Shown piece after piece: positions 1 to 12,254 of a stretch of 64,000 nucleotides of DNA. Within the stretch, counting starts at the first letter, position 1; each line of letters starts with the position of its first letter. Source of the DNA: Eledone cirrhosa (taxonomy: Eukaryota); the NCBI GenBank assembly GCA_964016885.1, contig OZ024740.1, positions 288,920,001 to 288,984,000 on the forward strand, written 5' to 3'. Under the pieces are notes generated by a model. It was not told where the DNA came from. It searched no databases and saw only the letters and a list, made by a program, of their open reading frames with translations. The translations under genes and the position numbers were made by a program.

Positions 1-690
1 CTTCTGCTGTTCATTATTTTCATGAACAGGATTGACATGCTCAGCTGGGTTGGAAGTGGTATCATGACTGGCGGGTGGAGTATAAAATTAGTTGGAATTT
101 GCAGACGACATAGTGTTACTTAACTCGGCAGAAGACAATCTCCAACTTGCACTTGATACGTTTGATGCCATGGCTGGAATAGTGCACTCTACATGTAAAT
201 GGAGTTCCACTGAAGCAAGTAGAGAAGTTCAAGTATCTCTGGGCCGTGTTCATGAGTGATCGAAAGCAGGAGGCAGAATTAAGTGTAAGAATTGCAGGAG
301 CTGGTGCAGTAACGTGCCAGTTTCAACATTCAATAATCAAAAGAAAGGAGGTAGGCATAAAAGCCAAACTCCCTATCCTCAATTCAGTATTTGTGCCAAC
401 TCTTATTTATAGTCATGAATCTTGGGTAATGACCAAAAGAATACGATCGTAAATACAAGCGGCTGAAATAGGGTACCTCTGAAGGGTCTTTGGAGTAACG
501 TTATTTGATAGAATGCGTAGCTCAGAGATCAGAGAGTCACTCCAGCTAGAGCTGCTACTTCTCCGAATTGAGAGATCACAGCTCCGATACTATGGGCATG
601 TGGTTAGAATGTCTCAGGAACAAATCGCTGGACAGATTTTATGGGCAAAACCAACTGGCAGGGAGAAGAACAAGATGATGATGATGATGA
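1..690 (+). mobile_element. Degenerate RTE-clade LINE 3' fragment (RT end to C-terminus) with (GAT)n tail
   Basis: Broken frames give FADDIVL, VFVPTLIYSHESW and IERSQLRYYGHV. The same family recurs at 31130-31530(-), 46700-47200(-) and 54530-54970(+). Confidence 0.8.
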
Positions 691-995
691 CCATCATCAT
701 CATCATCAACAACAACAACAACCAATCTATTCAATTGATAAATTTTCAGCAGAAGGAAATTATAGAACAAATTGTTGTTGCCCCTCATCTTTTTCAAAAT
801 TTGTATCAAAGTGACTATATTAATAAAAATTTGAAATGGTTAAGAAAGGTCAAGATTGCTGAATTTGCATGTATTAATGTGACACATTAAATATATCAAA
901 ATGATTAAATCATAGAATATGTCAAGCTAAGCTAAATCAACGGAAACGTCCAAGATGTTAATTCGACCTGCTAAAAATAGCAGCTAAAACTCTCT

Positions 996-3600
996 TGATT
1001 TGTGCTTTATACTCACAAGTTCTGATTTTACTGCGGATTTACCCATGCAAAATATTACACAAACTCACAGGGTTACATTTTGTACTTCTAATGTTTTTAT
1101 TTTCCTTCTCTTTGCATGTTCATTGCTCTTTCTCTCCCACTGTATTTACCTGCCTCTCACATGACTACACTCCTCTCCATGCACTCATAATCTTCTCTCC
1201 CCTTCTCCACTTTCTATCCCTCCCTCTGCTCACCCCTTACTTCGTCCTCATGCACAGCCCACCTATGTCTTTGTTCAACCCGTCGGTGGCCCAATGTTTC
1301 AATCGAACTATCACCGGCAATTACCAATTGCTAAAGTTACCACCACTTTAACCTAGTCCATTCTAAGTGGCGGTGGCATGCGTCGAATGACTAAGAGACC
1401 TGCTTGGTGAAACGACTATGTGACAACCGGTCAGCCTTCGACCTCTCTTTCTCCACCAACTTCGGCACGCACAAGAGGAGCTAACTTGTCTCCACCTACC
1501 CCCTCCTCCTCTTCACCGCAGATTCCGAGCGAATTCAACCCGACCAACCCCACCACCCCTACAACTGTTAACCCAACACCCAACCTCCGCTCTAGTCCCA
1601 CCGTTAGAACCACTGCTGCCTCCTTTACTGACTCACTCTCTCCACTGAATTCCAACGCTGGCCCTCTACTGCCGGCTGCTGCCAGCCCACCACCTGATTG
1701 CACTCTCTGTGCCCGCACTAGCCGGTACTTAAAGACAATTAAATGTTACCTATGCCACGCAAGCTACCACAGAAGCTGTGTCGGCATCACCGAAGCTCAA
1801 GCCGAAAGGCTTCAACAATGGACCTGTCATCGGTGCCACTTCAGCTCTGACATATTCCGTGGGGATGCACAATGCTTCGATGACCAACTCTCTACCGAGG
1901 ACTTTTCCACAGCCCTCCAGGGTTTCTCCAAATCAAAGTTCGTTAACCGGATCCCTAAGGGAGCTCGGAATAGTTTTGCACGAGCCCTCTCTAATTTATT
2001 GAAAAACATTTGCTCGTCCAACTATTACTCTGACTGGCAGAAATTGTTTTTGTTTCCCCTCATCTCTCTTCACGTGCACAATACGAATTCGGGTTCCCTC
2101 ACGTCCTCTCTCAAGTGGCAGTTCCAGCTGTTTGAGTCTACCCCAACTACTTCTCATCTCAGTTCGACATCGAGCTCAGTGTCCACCAACAGACAACCGG
2201 TAGACCTCAAGCGAGCGGTCAATGCCAAATTCAGTGAATTTGACATTTAAGGGGCTGTCCGTCTCCTCTCTTCTCTGTCCTCCCTTGCTCCATGCAACTC
2301 TGATTCTCTTGAGCGACTGAAAGAGAAGCACCCATCGGCACCCCCAGATGATCAGCTACACTGGCCCGAACCACCAGAATACTCGAGACCGGTTTACATC
2401 ACCGATATCTTCAGAAAGGCGATTTCATTCTTCCTTGCTGGGTCAGGCGCGGGAATTGACGGCCTTCGTCCTTAACACCTCAAGGATGGTATCTCCTTAA
2501 CGACTGGTGATGCCGGACTCGAGCTCTTGGAGAGTCTTACTCAGTTTGTGAATCAGTTCTCTTCAGTGAACGTTCTCCCGTTCATCCGCCCACTGTTCTT
2601 CGGTGGGAAGCTATTTGGTCTCACCAAACCCAACGGAGACCTGCGCCCCATTGCGGTTGGCTGCACCCTTTGTCGCCTCACTGCAAAGGCGTGTTTGCTG
2701 TTGATCTCCGACTCACTGGCAGAGGAATTTTCCCTCATCCATCTGGGGGTGGGCACCAAGTTGGGATGTGAGGCTACTGTCCACGCTACCAGAGCATTTA
2801 CCAACTTGCCCTCCTTGTCTCCCAAGGTCATCCTCAAACGTTGGTGGCCTACTCAGTCTGGACGAACTTCGTGTCTCCATCGCTCTCAGAGTGGGAGCTG
2901 ATGTTTGCATCGGTTTGAGGTGCCGATGTGGCAAACTCCTCAACTCCATAGGCCTCCATGGTCTTTCTTGCCACCTGAATGCTGACCGCTTCGCGTGTCA
3001 CACGGAGCTAAACCTCATTCTCAAGAGGGCTTTGGCCTGGGCAAACATCCTCTCAGTCTTGGAATCATCTGGGTTTTCCAGAAGTGATGGCAAAAGATCT
3101 GACGGCCTTACACTGTGCCCCTGGTCGAGAGGCAGGTGCCTTGTCTGGGACGTCACTGTTAGTGACTCTTTTGCTCTTTCCCACATCCTGGATGGTGCGG
3201 TTAGGACGAGAGCAACAGCTTCCGCAGCTGAGCGGAGTAAGACCCACAAATACTCTGATTTGTCGGCCAGCTACATTTTTGAGCCTGTGGCTTTTGAGAC
3301 GTTTGGGGGAGTCGGGCTGCTGACTGCGAGCTCCCTCCCTTCACTGGCGGCTCGCCTAATAGAGGTAACTGACGAATCTCACGAGGGCGTTTGGCTGTTT
3401 CAGTGCATTAGCCTCGCCATCACCCAAGGCAACGCTGCGAGTGTGCTGGCTTGCCTCAAAAATCATTAGAGAGGTTGTCCAGTACTCCTCCGGACGCTGC
3501 TGTCTTTTGCTCTGGTGTTGGCTCGGTTGTTCACCCCTTCCTTTACATTTTCTTTAATATTGTAACATTAAAAGAATACTATAAACCCAATAATTCTTTA
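996..3600 (+). mobile_element. CRE-clade non-LTR retrotransposon (restriction-like endonuclease type), internally deleted and defective
   Basis: One frame from 1420, with stops at 2248 and 2473, gives a C4HC3 finger, RIPKGAR, GAVRLL..LKEKHP, GSGAGIDGLRP*HLKD, KPNGDLRPIAVG and GTKLGCEA. It jumps near 2838 to CRCG..HGLSCH, DGKRSDG, WDVT, FEPVAFETFG. It splits a common repeat (about 950-995 / 3601-3748). Ends approximate. Confidence 0.8.
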
Positions 3601-3854
3601 TGGGTACTTATATTAAAAAACGGAATGACACATTGGATAATATAGTTCTAGTTACACTATCTGAAAAAACAAAAAATGAAGCAAGATGGTCACGACTGGA
3701 ATGTTTTAACCATAGGTCTGGTAGATGAGGGAGTTAAACAATAACAATTAAAAGATCAACACGTTTAATTTATGTTTTTCGATTTAGAAATTTGTTAGTC
3801 TCATTCTAATGTTTGAGACAATCTACAGACACCTGTACGCGTATATTTATTTAT

Positions 3855-4261
3855 TTGAAATCACGTGTTTATATAAGTTCGAGTAAACACATGCACGGAC
3901 AATTAACATTTGTCCTTACAGATTATCATATTTTTCGCGCAAACGCTTTAATTATTTTAAAATATAATGTTAGGTTTACTACTCTAATATGGAGAAATAA
4001 TCTCTTATCTTATCTAGTGGTTTCATATATCTTTTTAGTGGGAGGTAATTCTGCTCGAAATCAGGTTTGCTTATATTAATTATTATTAAATGTGCATTAA
4101 ATATTGATAAAGAAATACAAAAATTAATAATTTTTAATCCACGAAATATTAATTACACCAAAAAGTTGTATAAGTGAAATTAATTTCACAATTATAAAAA
4201 TCAAAACAAATTTATTGAAATTTATGTAACTAGCAGACGACTTTGTACAGTTTCCTGTGTA
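3855..4261 (+). promoter_or_regulatory. Probable TTC7 proximal promoter / 5' UTR
   Basis: Directly upstream of the first coding exon. TCACGTG (E-box-like) at 3861-3867, TTTCGCGC (E2F-like) at 3933-3940, and ATGGCGGC (YY1-like) at the start codon. Short motifs only. Confidence 0.3.
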
Positions 4262-4382
4262 ATGGCGGCGAAAGTGAAGCCATCCCGGCTGGAGGCTGAA
4301 ATTGAGAAATGTAGGGCCGAATGCAGCTGGCAAAGAGCTTTAGAATTTGTCAGACAACTTGTTCACAAGTCTCCAGGTCTTG
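4262..4382 (+). CDS. TTC7: TTC7 (tetratricopeptide repeat protein 7, PI4KA complex scaffold) coding exon 1
   Basis: MAAKVKPSRLEAEIEKCRAECSWQRALEFVRQLVHKSPGL resembles the TTC7B N-terminus (SRLETEIERCRSECQW). Donor G|GTAAGT at 4383, phase 1. Confidence 0.92.
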
Positions 4383-5779
4383 GTAAGTGAAGTCTTTATT
4401 TCATATCCCTTTTTTGCTGTTTCCTTTGAGTTTTATCACAGCTATGCAAATGCCACATCAAGGAAGTTCCTTTCTAATATTTGTTAGATTTTTCTTCGTA
4501 CAGTATCTAAAACAAACAAATAAAAGCGTATCCAACAGACGCAGTAGCAGTAAAGATATCATAAATTCATGTCTTTTATTATATTTGTTGATAATGAATG
4601 TCGTAAACTTAAATATTTAGTGTATATATATTTATATATGTATAAGGTTGTTGAAAGATAACCTCTTGTCGATCCGAATTCACGACACTGTTTTGATACT
4701 TGATGAAAGACAATTTCATTGTATTCTACTTTTACTTTGCTAATATTTCTGTGAGAGGCATGAATATCACAACATGCAGTTTCATCCCTCTTGTCTCATA
4801 GAATATATGTGTCTGATCAGAAACAAATCAATATATGCCAGTATGATTGTCAAGTGCTGTGTGAAGTCCTCATTGCAGTTTCAATTTCCAGTGGATACTA
4901 TTTTCATTCCATGAACGCTTCTAAATGCTTTTCAGAAAGAAACGAATGTTATTAAAATCTGATCCCCCCATCTCTATAAATGGTGAGGCATTCTGCTAAC
5001 GCCACAAATCAATCAATCATTCAATATATATATATTCGTCAAATATATCGATTATCGGTGATGCATTTTGGTGCAAAATCTACGGAAAGCGTTCGCTAAA
5101 CTGAATGTGGGTACTCTTTCTGTGTGTGTGTGTGAGCGTATATATGTATATCTATAAATGTATATATATATATAGATATATATATATATACACGTATGTG
5201 TGTTAAGAGACGGAAGAAAATGTATTCAGTATCAGAGTAAATAATTTCCGGTTGATAGAAACTCATATTGTGCATTTATATCGATCTCAAATTGTTGTTT
5301 ACAAATGTACCATAGATACATAAATATTATGTGTCGTCTTACTGTATGAGGGGCATATTAATGTTAATACCAGATCCACAATAGAATGAAGGGAAGTAAT
5401 ATAATTATTTCTCTTCTCACTGCTTGACCGCTGTTGTCCTTTAAACCTAATTTTAAAAAGCCTATAGCCCCTCTTTGTACTTCAGTTATTGTATGAGACC
5501 AATGGCTACACAAACTAAGATAAATTATCACGGGTTCAATTCTAGTTGGTGTTTAAGGTTTCAGTTTAATCGAAATCTTAGCGCTTGGAGATCAAATTTG
5601 AATTTTCATTCTGCTGATGTAAACAGTTGGCCCAACTGGTGTTAGGATAATTATGTAATCCCGTTTGCCTACTTATAAATAAACATATATCATACTCTAT
5701 ATATTTCTAATACACGGGCTCGCGCGCACACACAATGCATACAAACCCATACATATATAACAAATGCACGGATAAAGCA

Positions 5780-5960
5780 TTAGTGCTGGTGCCATGATAA
5801 AATACACCTAGTACACTCTAAAGTCGTTGGTATTAGGGAGGGCATCCAGCTGTAGAAACCAAGTCAGTCAAATATGGAACATATAAGTAAGATGTGGTTC
5901 TCCCACGAGCCATCATACTCATGCTAGCATGAAAAATGAGTGTAAAATGACGATAATGAT
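5780..5960 (+). mobile_element. RTE-related SINE body and tail
   Basis: TAGTGCTGGTGCCA..GGAGGGCATCCAGCTGTAGAAA core and CATGCTAGCATGAAAA..GATGAT tail. Confidence 0.7.
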
Positions 5961-6198
5961 ATATATACATATATTACTAGGCTATTTGGTTAAAAAGCTT
6001 GCGCAGATCTGTATTTAGGATATCCACACAGTAGTTTAAATTTTTTTTTATGGCTTAATCAGAAGAAGGAATGTCCTTTATTTCACATTTTTCACTGGAA
6101 TAGGTACCATTTACTTCTGAAATATTACTTGCAATAGATTCATATACAATCCAGGGGACTAGTTATTTTGCCCACTTTATGCCTAAAAAGTTGTTTAA

Positions 6199-6406
6199 CC
6201 CTTTAGCATTTAAACTGACCATATCCGGCCAGAAATTTCTCACCTCTTTCTGTTCAAACTGGCTGTAATCGGCCACTCATACTGATGTCAAGGTATTGTT
6301 CTCAAAATAAATAATATCAAAATCTCATAGATTCAATATTATGTGAGGTAAAGTGTTTACCATGAAAATATAATATTAAATATAGTTTAATGTAAATGCT
6401 TAAGGG
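6199..6406. mobile_element. piggyBac-type MITE, family 1
   Basis: TIR CCCTTTAGCATTTA / TAAATGCTTAAGGG with TTAA on both sides. Five copies in the window. Confidence 0.85.
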
Positions 6407-6634
6407 TTAAGGCTAAGGAGGCATTTAGAATGATAGATTCTAAGAATGTTCACAAGTTGTATTATATCTCGTTGTACCAATGGTGCCCTCTCATTCCTTA
6501 TAAAATCTTCTTGGGCATGTTTTTTCCATTGATATGATTAATGTATTTTGCTTTTTAACTTAAGTTTTATAAATAAATATATAACTTCATGTGGTATATT
6601 TAATATTTTAGTTTTTATCCTTTGGTACAGTGGC

Positions 6635-6900
6635 TGCAGCATGGCTGAATAGTTAAAACATTCGCTCAGCGATTATGAGATCACAGGTTCAATCACACTG
6701 TGTGGCATCTTGGACAAGTGTCTTTGCTGAAGCCTTGCGCCAATCCAAGCCTTGTGAATAAAATTGTGTAGATGGAAACTGTGGAAGCCTGTCAAATTGA
6801 TTGGACCTCTAATTCAAAAGTCCAGCCATGTCACACTGATTCTTCCTGTACTGAGTAAGGAACTGATTCCCTTTTCCACTTACCTTAGACATAGAAAAAG
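6635..6900 (+). mobile_element. Degenerate tRNA-headed SINE
   Basis: A-box-like TGGCTGAATAG and B-box-like GGTTCAATC. The body is shared with 57540-57870(-). Confidence 0.55.
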
Positions 6901-7383
6901 GGAGAGAAAGCTGTTCTGGTGCAATGTTGAAATAATGCATGTTGTTAGGTGATTTACATTGCTGAGACCAAATCCTTTCTTGCAATGTCATACACTCCTA
7001 TGTACATAACACACACCTTTTATTTTTTCCACATCTTTCAAATATAAAGTTATGTCGACTGTTAATATCTGTAATTCCAACAAGATGTCCTATCAGCAAG
7101 TTATTTTTCTTGTAATCTCTAGAAACCAAAAGAGAACTAGCAGTCTGGTAAAGTGATGCCAAAACATAATCAACCATAATAATCTGTCATGTGTCTTTGT
7201 ACATTTATATATATCTGTCTGTAACTCTTTACAATTTATATAGACACGCACACAATGTGTTTCATATCTCAGTTACAAGGTCCTGGGTTCTAACTCTACA
7301 TTTGTCCCTACATTTATGTAAATATATGCTAGAAATTTATTACTAAAATACCATTTTTATCTTTAATCACTCCATGTGTAAGT

Positions 7384-10110
7384 CATCATCATCATCATCA
7401 TCATCAACGTTTAACGTCCGTGTTCCACGCTTGCATGGGTTTGGACGGGGGTATTCCCACTTGAGGCAAGAGTGATTGTCTTGCTCGCATAGGACTGTCT
7501 GGCAGGTTTTCTACAGTTGGATGCCCTTCCTAACACCAACCACATTTACAGTGTGGGTCTGGGAGGTTTTTACCGTGTTGCCTACACGGCCACATTACAG
7601 CGTGGACTGTGTGTTTTTTTGTCGTGACACCTACACGATCTCATTTGTTTCGGCCTGGATGTTGTGGCACCAACATAACTTTACATAGGAGGGGGTGGGG
7701 GTGGTGGGACGGGGGTGTATTTTGTTAGAGATGCCTACTGGCTGTAGTAGGTTTTACTATGTATTTAGGTAAGGTGGGTCTTCTCTATTACTGAGTACCG
7801 CCAAAGGTCTCGGTCCAGTGACATTGTCTTGGAGAGGTGTAAGTGTGTGAGGTCGGAGTTTATCAGCTCGTCCCAGGTTTTTCTAGGTCTGCCTATTCCG
7901 TGGCTACCGTCTATCTTTATTGCCCTGCACTTTGTTATACAGCTATCGACTTTCATGCGCATCATGTGTCCATACCAACGTAGCCTTCTCTCGAGTAAAC
8001 AACATCTGATCCCTCTTATTTCTAATTTTTTCCTTAGTTCGTTTATGCTTTGCCGTTCACGTATATTACTATTACACATCCAGCGGAGCATGCAAGCTTC
8101 GTTCCTCTCTAGTCTGCGTATATCCTCTGCACACAATGCCCAGGTCTCACTGACATGCAACATTGCTGTTCGTATGCAGGCATCATACAACCTGCCTTTC
8201 ATTTTTAGGGAGAACCCTTTAGCGGCTAATAGTGGTATAAGCCCTCTGAACTTTTTCCATCCAGTTCTGACTCTAGCTACTGTACTTTCAGAGCACCCTC
8301 CCCCACTGCTGATTTTGTCACCCAGGTAACGGAAGCTGTCCACTATTTCTATAGAGCCCTCTGCGCAGTTGTAAGAGCTAGTATTTTGTGGGCACTTGCT
8401 GCTACTTATTGCACCAGAGCACAGCCCACATGTAAAATCTATGTTCTTAGTTAGCTTACCTGTGATCCCACTACATCTTTTATGCACCCATACTTTGCAT
8501 TTGGGACATAAAATGGAGTTTCTACCTACGCCTTTCCTACACACTGAGCATGGCCATTTCCCGGAAGGGACCGCCGCCTTATTTTCTTTCCTACAAACTA
8601 GAACTTTAGTCTTAGCCAGGTTAATTTTAAAGCCTTTTGATTCTAGGCCGTGCTTCCATGTTTGGAATTTCTTCTCTAGCTCGACCATTGATTCAGCTAT
8701 GAGTGTCAGGTCATCTGCGTATAGGATTTCCCATGGGCAGCCGGTCTTGAACTCCTCTGTTATAGCCTGAAGGGCAATAATAAATAGTAGGGGGCTGAGA
8801 ACAGAGCCCTGATGGACGCCAACTTTTACGCTAAACTCTTCACTATATTCGTTGTTAATTCTAACCTTGCTGACTGTTTCTTTATACATTGCTTGTATAG
8901 CTCTCACAAGCCATTCGTCGACACCTAGTTTTCTAAGGGCCCACCAGATAATGGAACGGGGGACTCTGTCGAAGGCTTTCTCCAAGTCGACAAAAGCTAA
9001 GTAGAGGGGTTTACCTTTAGCTAGGTACTTCTCCTGTAGTTGACGTACAATGAAAAGAGCGTCTGTGGTACTTTTGCCTGACACAAACCCGAACTGCATT
9101 TCATCTAGGTCAATTCTCTCTCTGATTAGTTGCGCTATTACTTTTTCCGTGACCTTCATGACCTGGTCGATTAATTTAATGCCTCTATAGTTACTCCTAT
9201 CTAGTGCATCTCCTTTACCCTTATAACAGTTAACGATGATGCTGCTATGCCAGTCCTTCGGAACAACCCCATTCTGTACGACTTGGTTAACTATCCGGGT
9301 GACCATGGTGTGTCCCACCATGCCAGATGCCTTCAGCATCTCAGCAACTATTTCCGAAGGCCCAGCTGCCTTACCCGTCTTCATATCCTTGATTGCCTTA
9401 CTTATTATACTACCCTCGACTAACACTGCTGGTCCCTCTATTGGGTCGATGTGGGGGAGACTGTCTTTCTCCCATTTATTCTCCTCATTTAGTAGCCTTT
9501 CATAGTGTCACTTCCAAGCTACCTTCTTATCAGCGTCGGTGATGGCAAGTACGCCGTCATCATTAAGTACACACTTCTCCCCGACAATATCACGGTTTTC
9601 CTTGACACATTGCCTAGCAATCCTGAACACCTCACGTTTTTGGTCCTCGCGTTGTAGAACATGCTTCAACTTTCTTTCCTCTGCTTCCCTTCTTGCGAAG
9701 TACACTTGTCTCCTAGCTTCCCTCCTGGCCACTTGATAGTCTTCTCTACTTCCCCCATCCCGCCATACTTTCCAAGCCTGCTTTTTGGCCTTAATTGACC
9801 CCTCCACCTTACTGTTCCACCACCATGTTACTCTCCTCCTGCCAACAGGCCTGCTCCAGCCACAGACTTCGTCTGTCGCCATCAGCAGGTTTGCTTTCAG
9901 AAATTCCCACTGTCCCTCTATATTGTCCGACTCTAAATGCTCTTCCTTACTGTCGAAAGCATCAAGTAATATGCTTTGAAATTTATTTCTGGCTGTGGGG
10001 TCCTTTAGCTTCCATATTTTTCTCCTGAGGATAGTCCTCTTCTGCTGTCGAGTACGTCTCGTCCTGACTATGAGGTCGCTAATTATCAGTCTATGTTGGG
10101 AAATCAACAT
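7384..10110 (-). mobile_element. RTE LINE family A, 5'-truncated, with one in-frame stop at 9508
   Basis: ORFs 9508-10110 and 7765-9426 are in one frame: NYRGIKL, FVDLEKAFDRV, GVHQGSVLSPLLF, YADD, RRLRWYGH. About 380 nt of 3' UTR end in (GAT)n. Confidence 0.95.
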
Positions 10111-10399
10111 AAATTATAAGGTTTCTCCTATGGAACCCATTAACTTACCAAAACACAAATTTCAGAGTTTGTATGATTGTTCATATATCCAATAATCTTA
10201 GTACATATAGCATACCAATCCTGGACTTCAAAAATTAAATACATTCAATGCTATTGCTGTCATTATTGACAGTATTGGTCTGCTAGTTATAATACATTTC
10301 AGGGAAGAATCTTAAGACTATTTGTCTCATGAAACACTTTAACTACACATATTACTCATCATCATTTGTAGAGAAGGCAGTATCGCAAGAGAATTAGTC

Positions 10400-11565
10400 T
10401 AGTGCCTACTATTTCTATAGAACCATCTGGGCAGTTGAAGGAGCTAGTATCCAGTGGGCACTTGCTACTTACTGTACCTGAGCATCAGCATATAAAGAAA
10501 TCTACATTCTTAGATAGCTTGCCTGTGATCCCACTACATATTTTATGTACCCATACTTTGTATTTTGGGCATAGAATGGAATTTCTATCTACTCCTTTCC
10601 TACACACTGAGCATAGCCATTTCCCAGAGGGCAACTGTGCTCTATTTTCTTTCTACATACTAGAACTTTAGTCTTAGACAAGTTAACTTTAAGACCTTTT
10701 GATTCTAGGCAATGCTTCCATGTTTGGAATTTCTTCTCTAGTTCAGCCATAGATTCAGCAATGAGAGTTAGATCATCTGCATATAGAAGTTCCCATGGGC
10801 AGCCAGTCTTAAACTCTTCTGTTATAGCCTGTAAGGCAATAATAAACAGGAGGGGGCCTGAGGACGGAGCCTTGGTGAACACCTGCTTTTACGCTAAATT
10901 CTTCACTATATTCATTGTTAATTCTAACCTTGCTGACTGTTCCCCTATACATGGCTTGTATAGCTCTCACAAGTCACTCATCTACTCTGAGTTTTCTAAG
11001 AGCCCACCAGAAAATGGAGCGGAGGACTCTATCAAAGGCTTTCTCCAAGTCAACAAAAGCCAAGTAGAGGGGTTTACTTTTAGCTAGGTACTTCTCCTGT
11101 AGTTGCCGTACAAAGAAGAAAGCATCCGTGGTACTTTTACCTGGCACAAACTCAAACTGCATTTCATCTAGATCAATTCGGTCTCTAATCAGTTGTGCAA
11201 TAACTCTTTCTGTGAATTTCATGATCTGGTCAACTAACTTAATACCTCTATAGTTTTCTTTATCTAGAGCGTCTCCTTTGCCCTTGTAGCAGTTAATAAT
11301 GATGCTGCTACGCCAGTCATTTGGTATGACCTCATTCTGTATTACTTGGTTTACTATTCGGGTGACCATAGTATGTCCCACCATTACAGATGCTTTCAAC
11401 ATCTCAGCAACTATTTCTGAAGGCCAAGCTACCTTGCCTGTCTTCATATATTTGATTGCCTTACTTATTATACTACCATTAACTTGCTCAGCTGGTCCCT
11501 CTGTTGGATCAATTTGGGGCAGACTATCTTTATCCCATTCTTTCTCCTCATTTAGTAGTCTCTTA
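10400..11565 (-). mobile_element. RTE LINE RT fragment (related, more decayed family)
   Basis: FVDLEKAFDRV and ELLYADDL with stops and frameshifts, bounded by a (CA)n tract. Confidence 0.9.
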
Positions 11566-11690
11566 TATACACACACACACACCCACCCACCACACACACA
11601 CACACACCCACCCACCACACACACACACACACCCACCCACCACACACACACACACACACATGCACGCGTACATATGTGATTATGTAAATG

Positions 11691-11940
11691 TCATCATCAT
11701 CATCGTTTAACGTCTATCTTCCATGCTAGCATGGGTTAGACGAGAATTGTCCCATTTGAGGCAAGATTGGTCAGGTGACCGTGTCTCGCTCGTATACGAC
11801 TATCTGGCAGGTTTTCTATGGCTGGATACCCTTCCTAATACCAACCACATTTACAGTGTGGACTGGGAGCTTTTTACCGTGTTACCTACACAACCACATT
11901 GCAGTGTGGACTGTGTATTTTTTTTTGTTGTGACACCTAC
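11691..11940 (-). mobile_element. RTE-related SINE module, same as the family A 3' UTR
   Basis: Collinear with 7384-7635, with a (GAT)n tail at about 11691-11704. Confidence 0.8.
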
Positions 11941-12057
11941 AAAGAAAGGGTGGTGTTGGTGGGAGTGAAAGGATGGAGTTGGGGTAGTGGGTTGGTGTGT
12001 ATGTTTGGTTTGGAGGTATATATAAATGTGTATGTATATATATATATATATATATAT

Positions 12058-12218
12058 CATTCCACTGCAAAGTGGTCGTGGAGGTGCCACGGCAAAAAAA
12101 GCACCCAGCACTCATTGTAAATGAGGTTGGTGTTAGGAAGGGCATCCAGCTGTAGAAATCAAGCCAGAATCAGTTCCCGACCACCCTTGCAAGCAGGGAA
12201 AAAGCAGACATAAAATGA

Positions 12219-12222
<4 letters not shown>
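12058..12222 (+). mobile_element. 5'-truncated SINE with RTE family B-type tail
   Basis: Tail CCACCCTTGCAAGCAGGGAAAAAGCAGACATAAAATGATG. Matches 46353-46520(-). Confidence 0.8.

Positions 12223-12249
<27 letters not shown>

Positions 12250-12254
<5 letters not shown>

Noticed and set aside
1380-1416. Hammerhead ribozyme (CTAAGA..GAAAC)
   Set aside because: Lacks CUGANGA, the NUH cleavage triplet and stem I.
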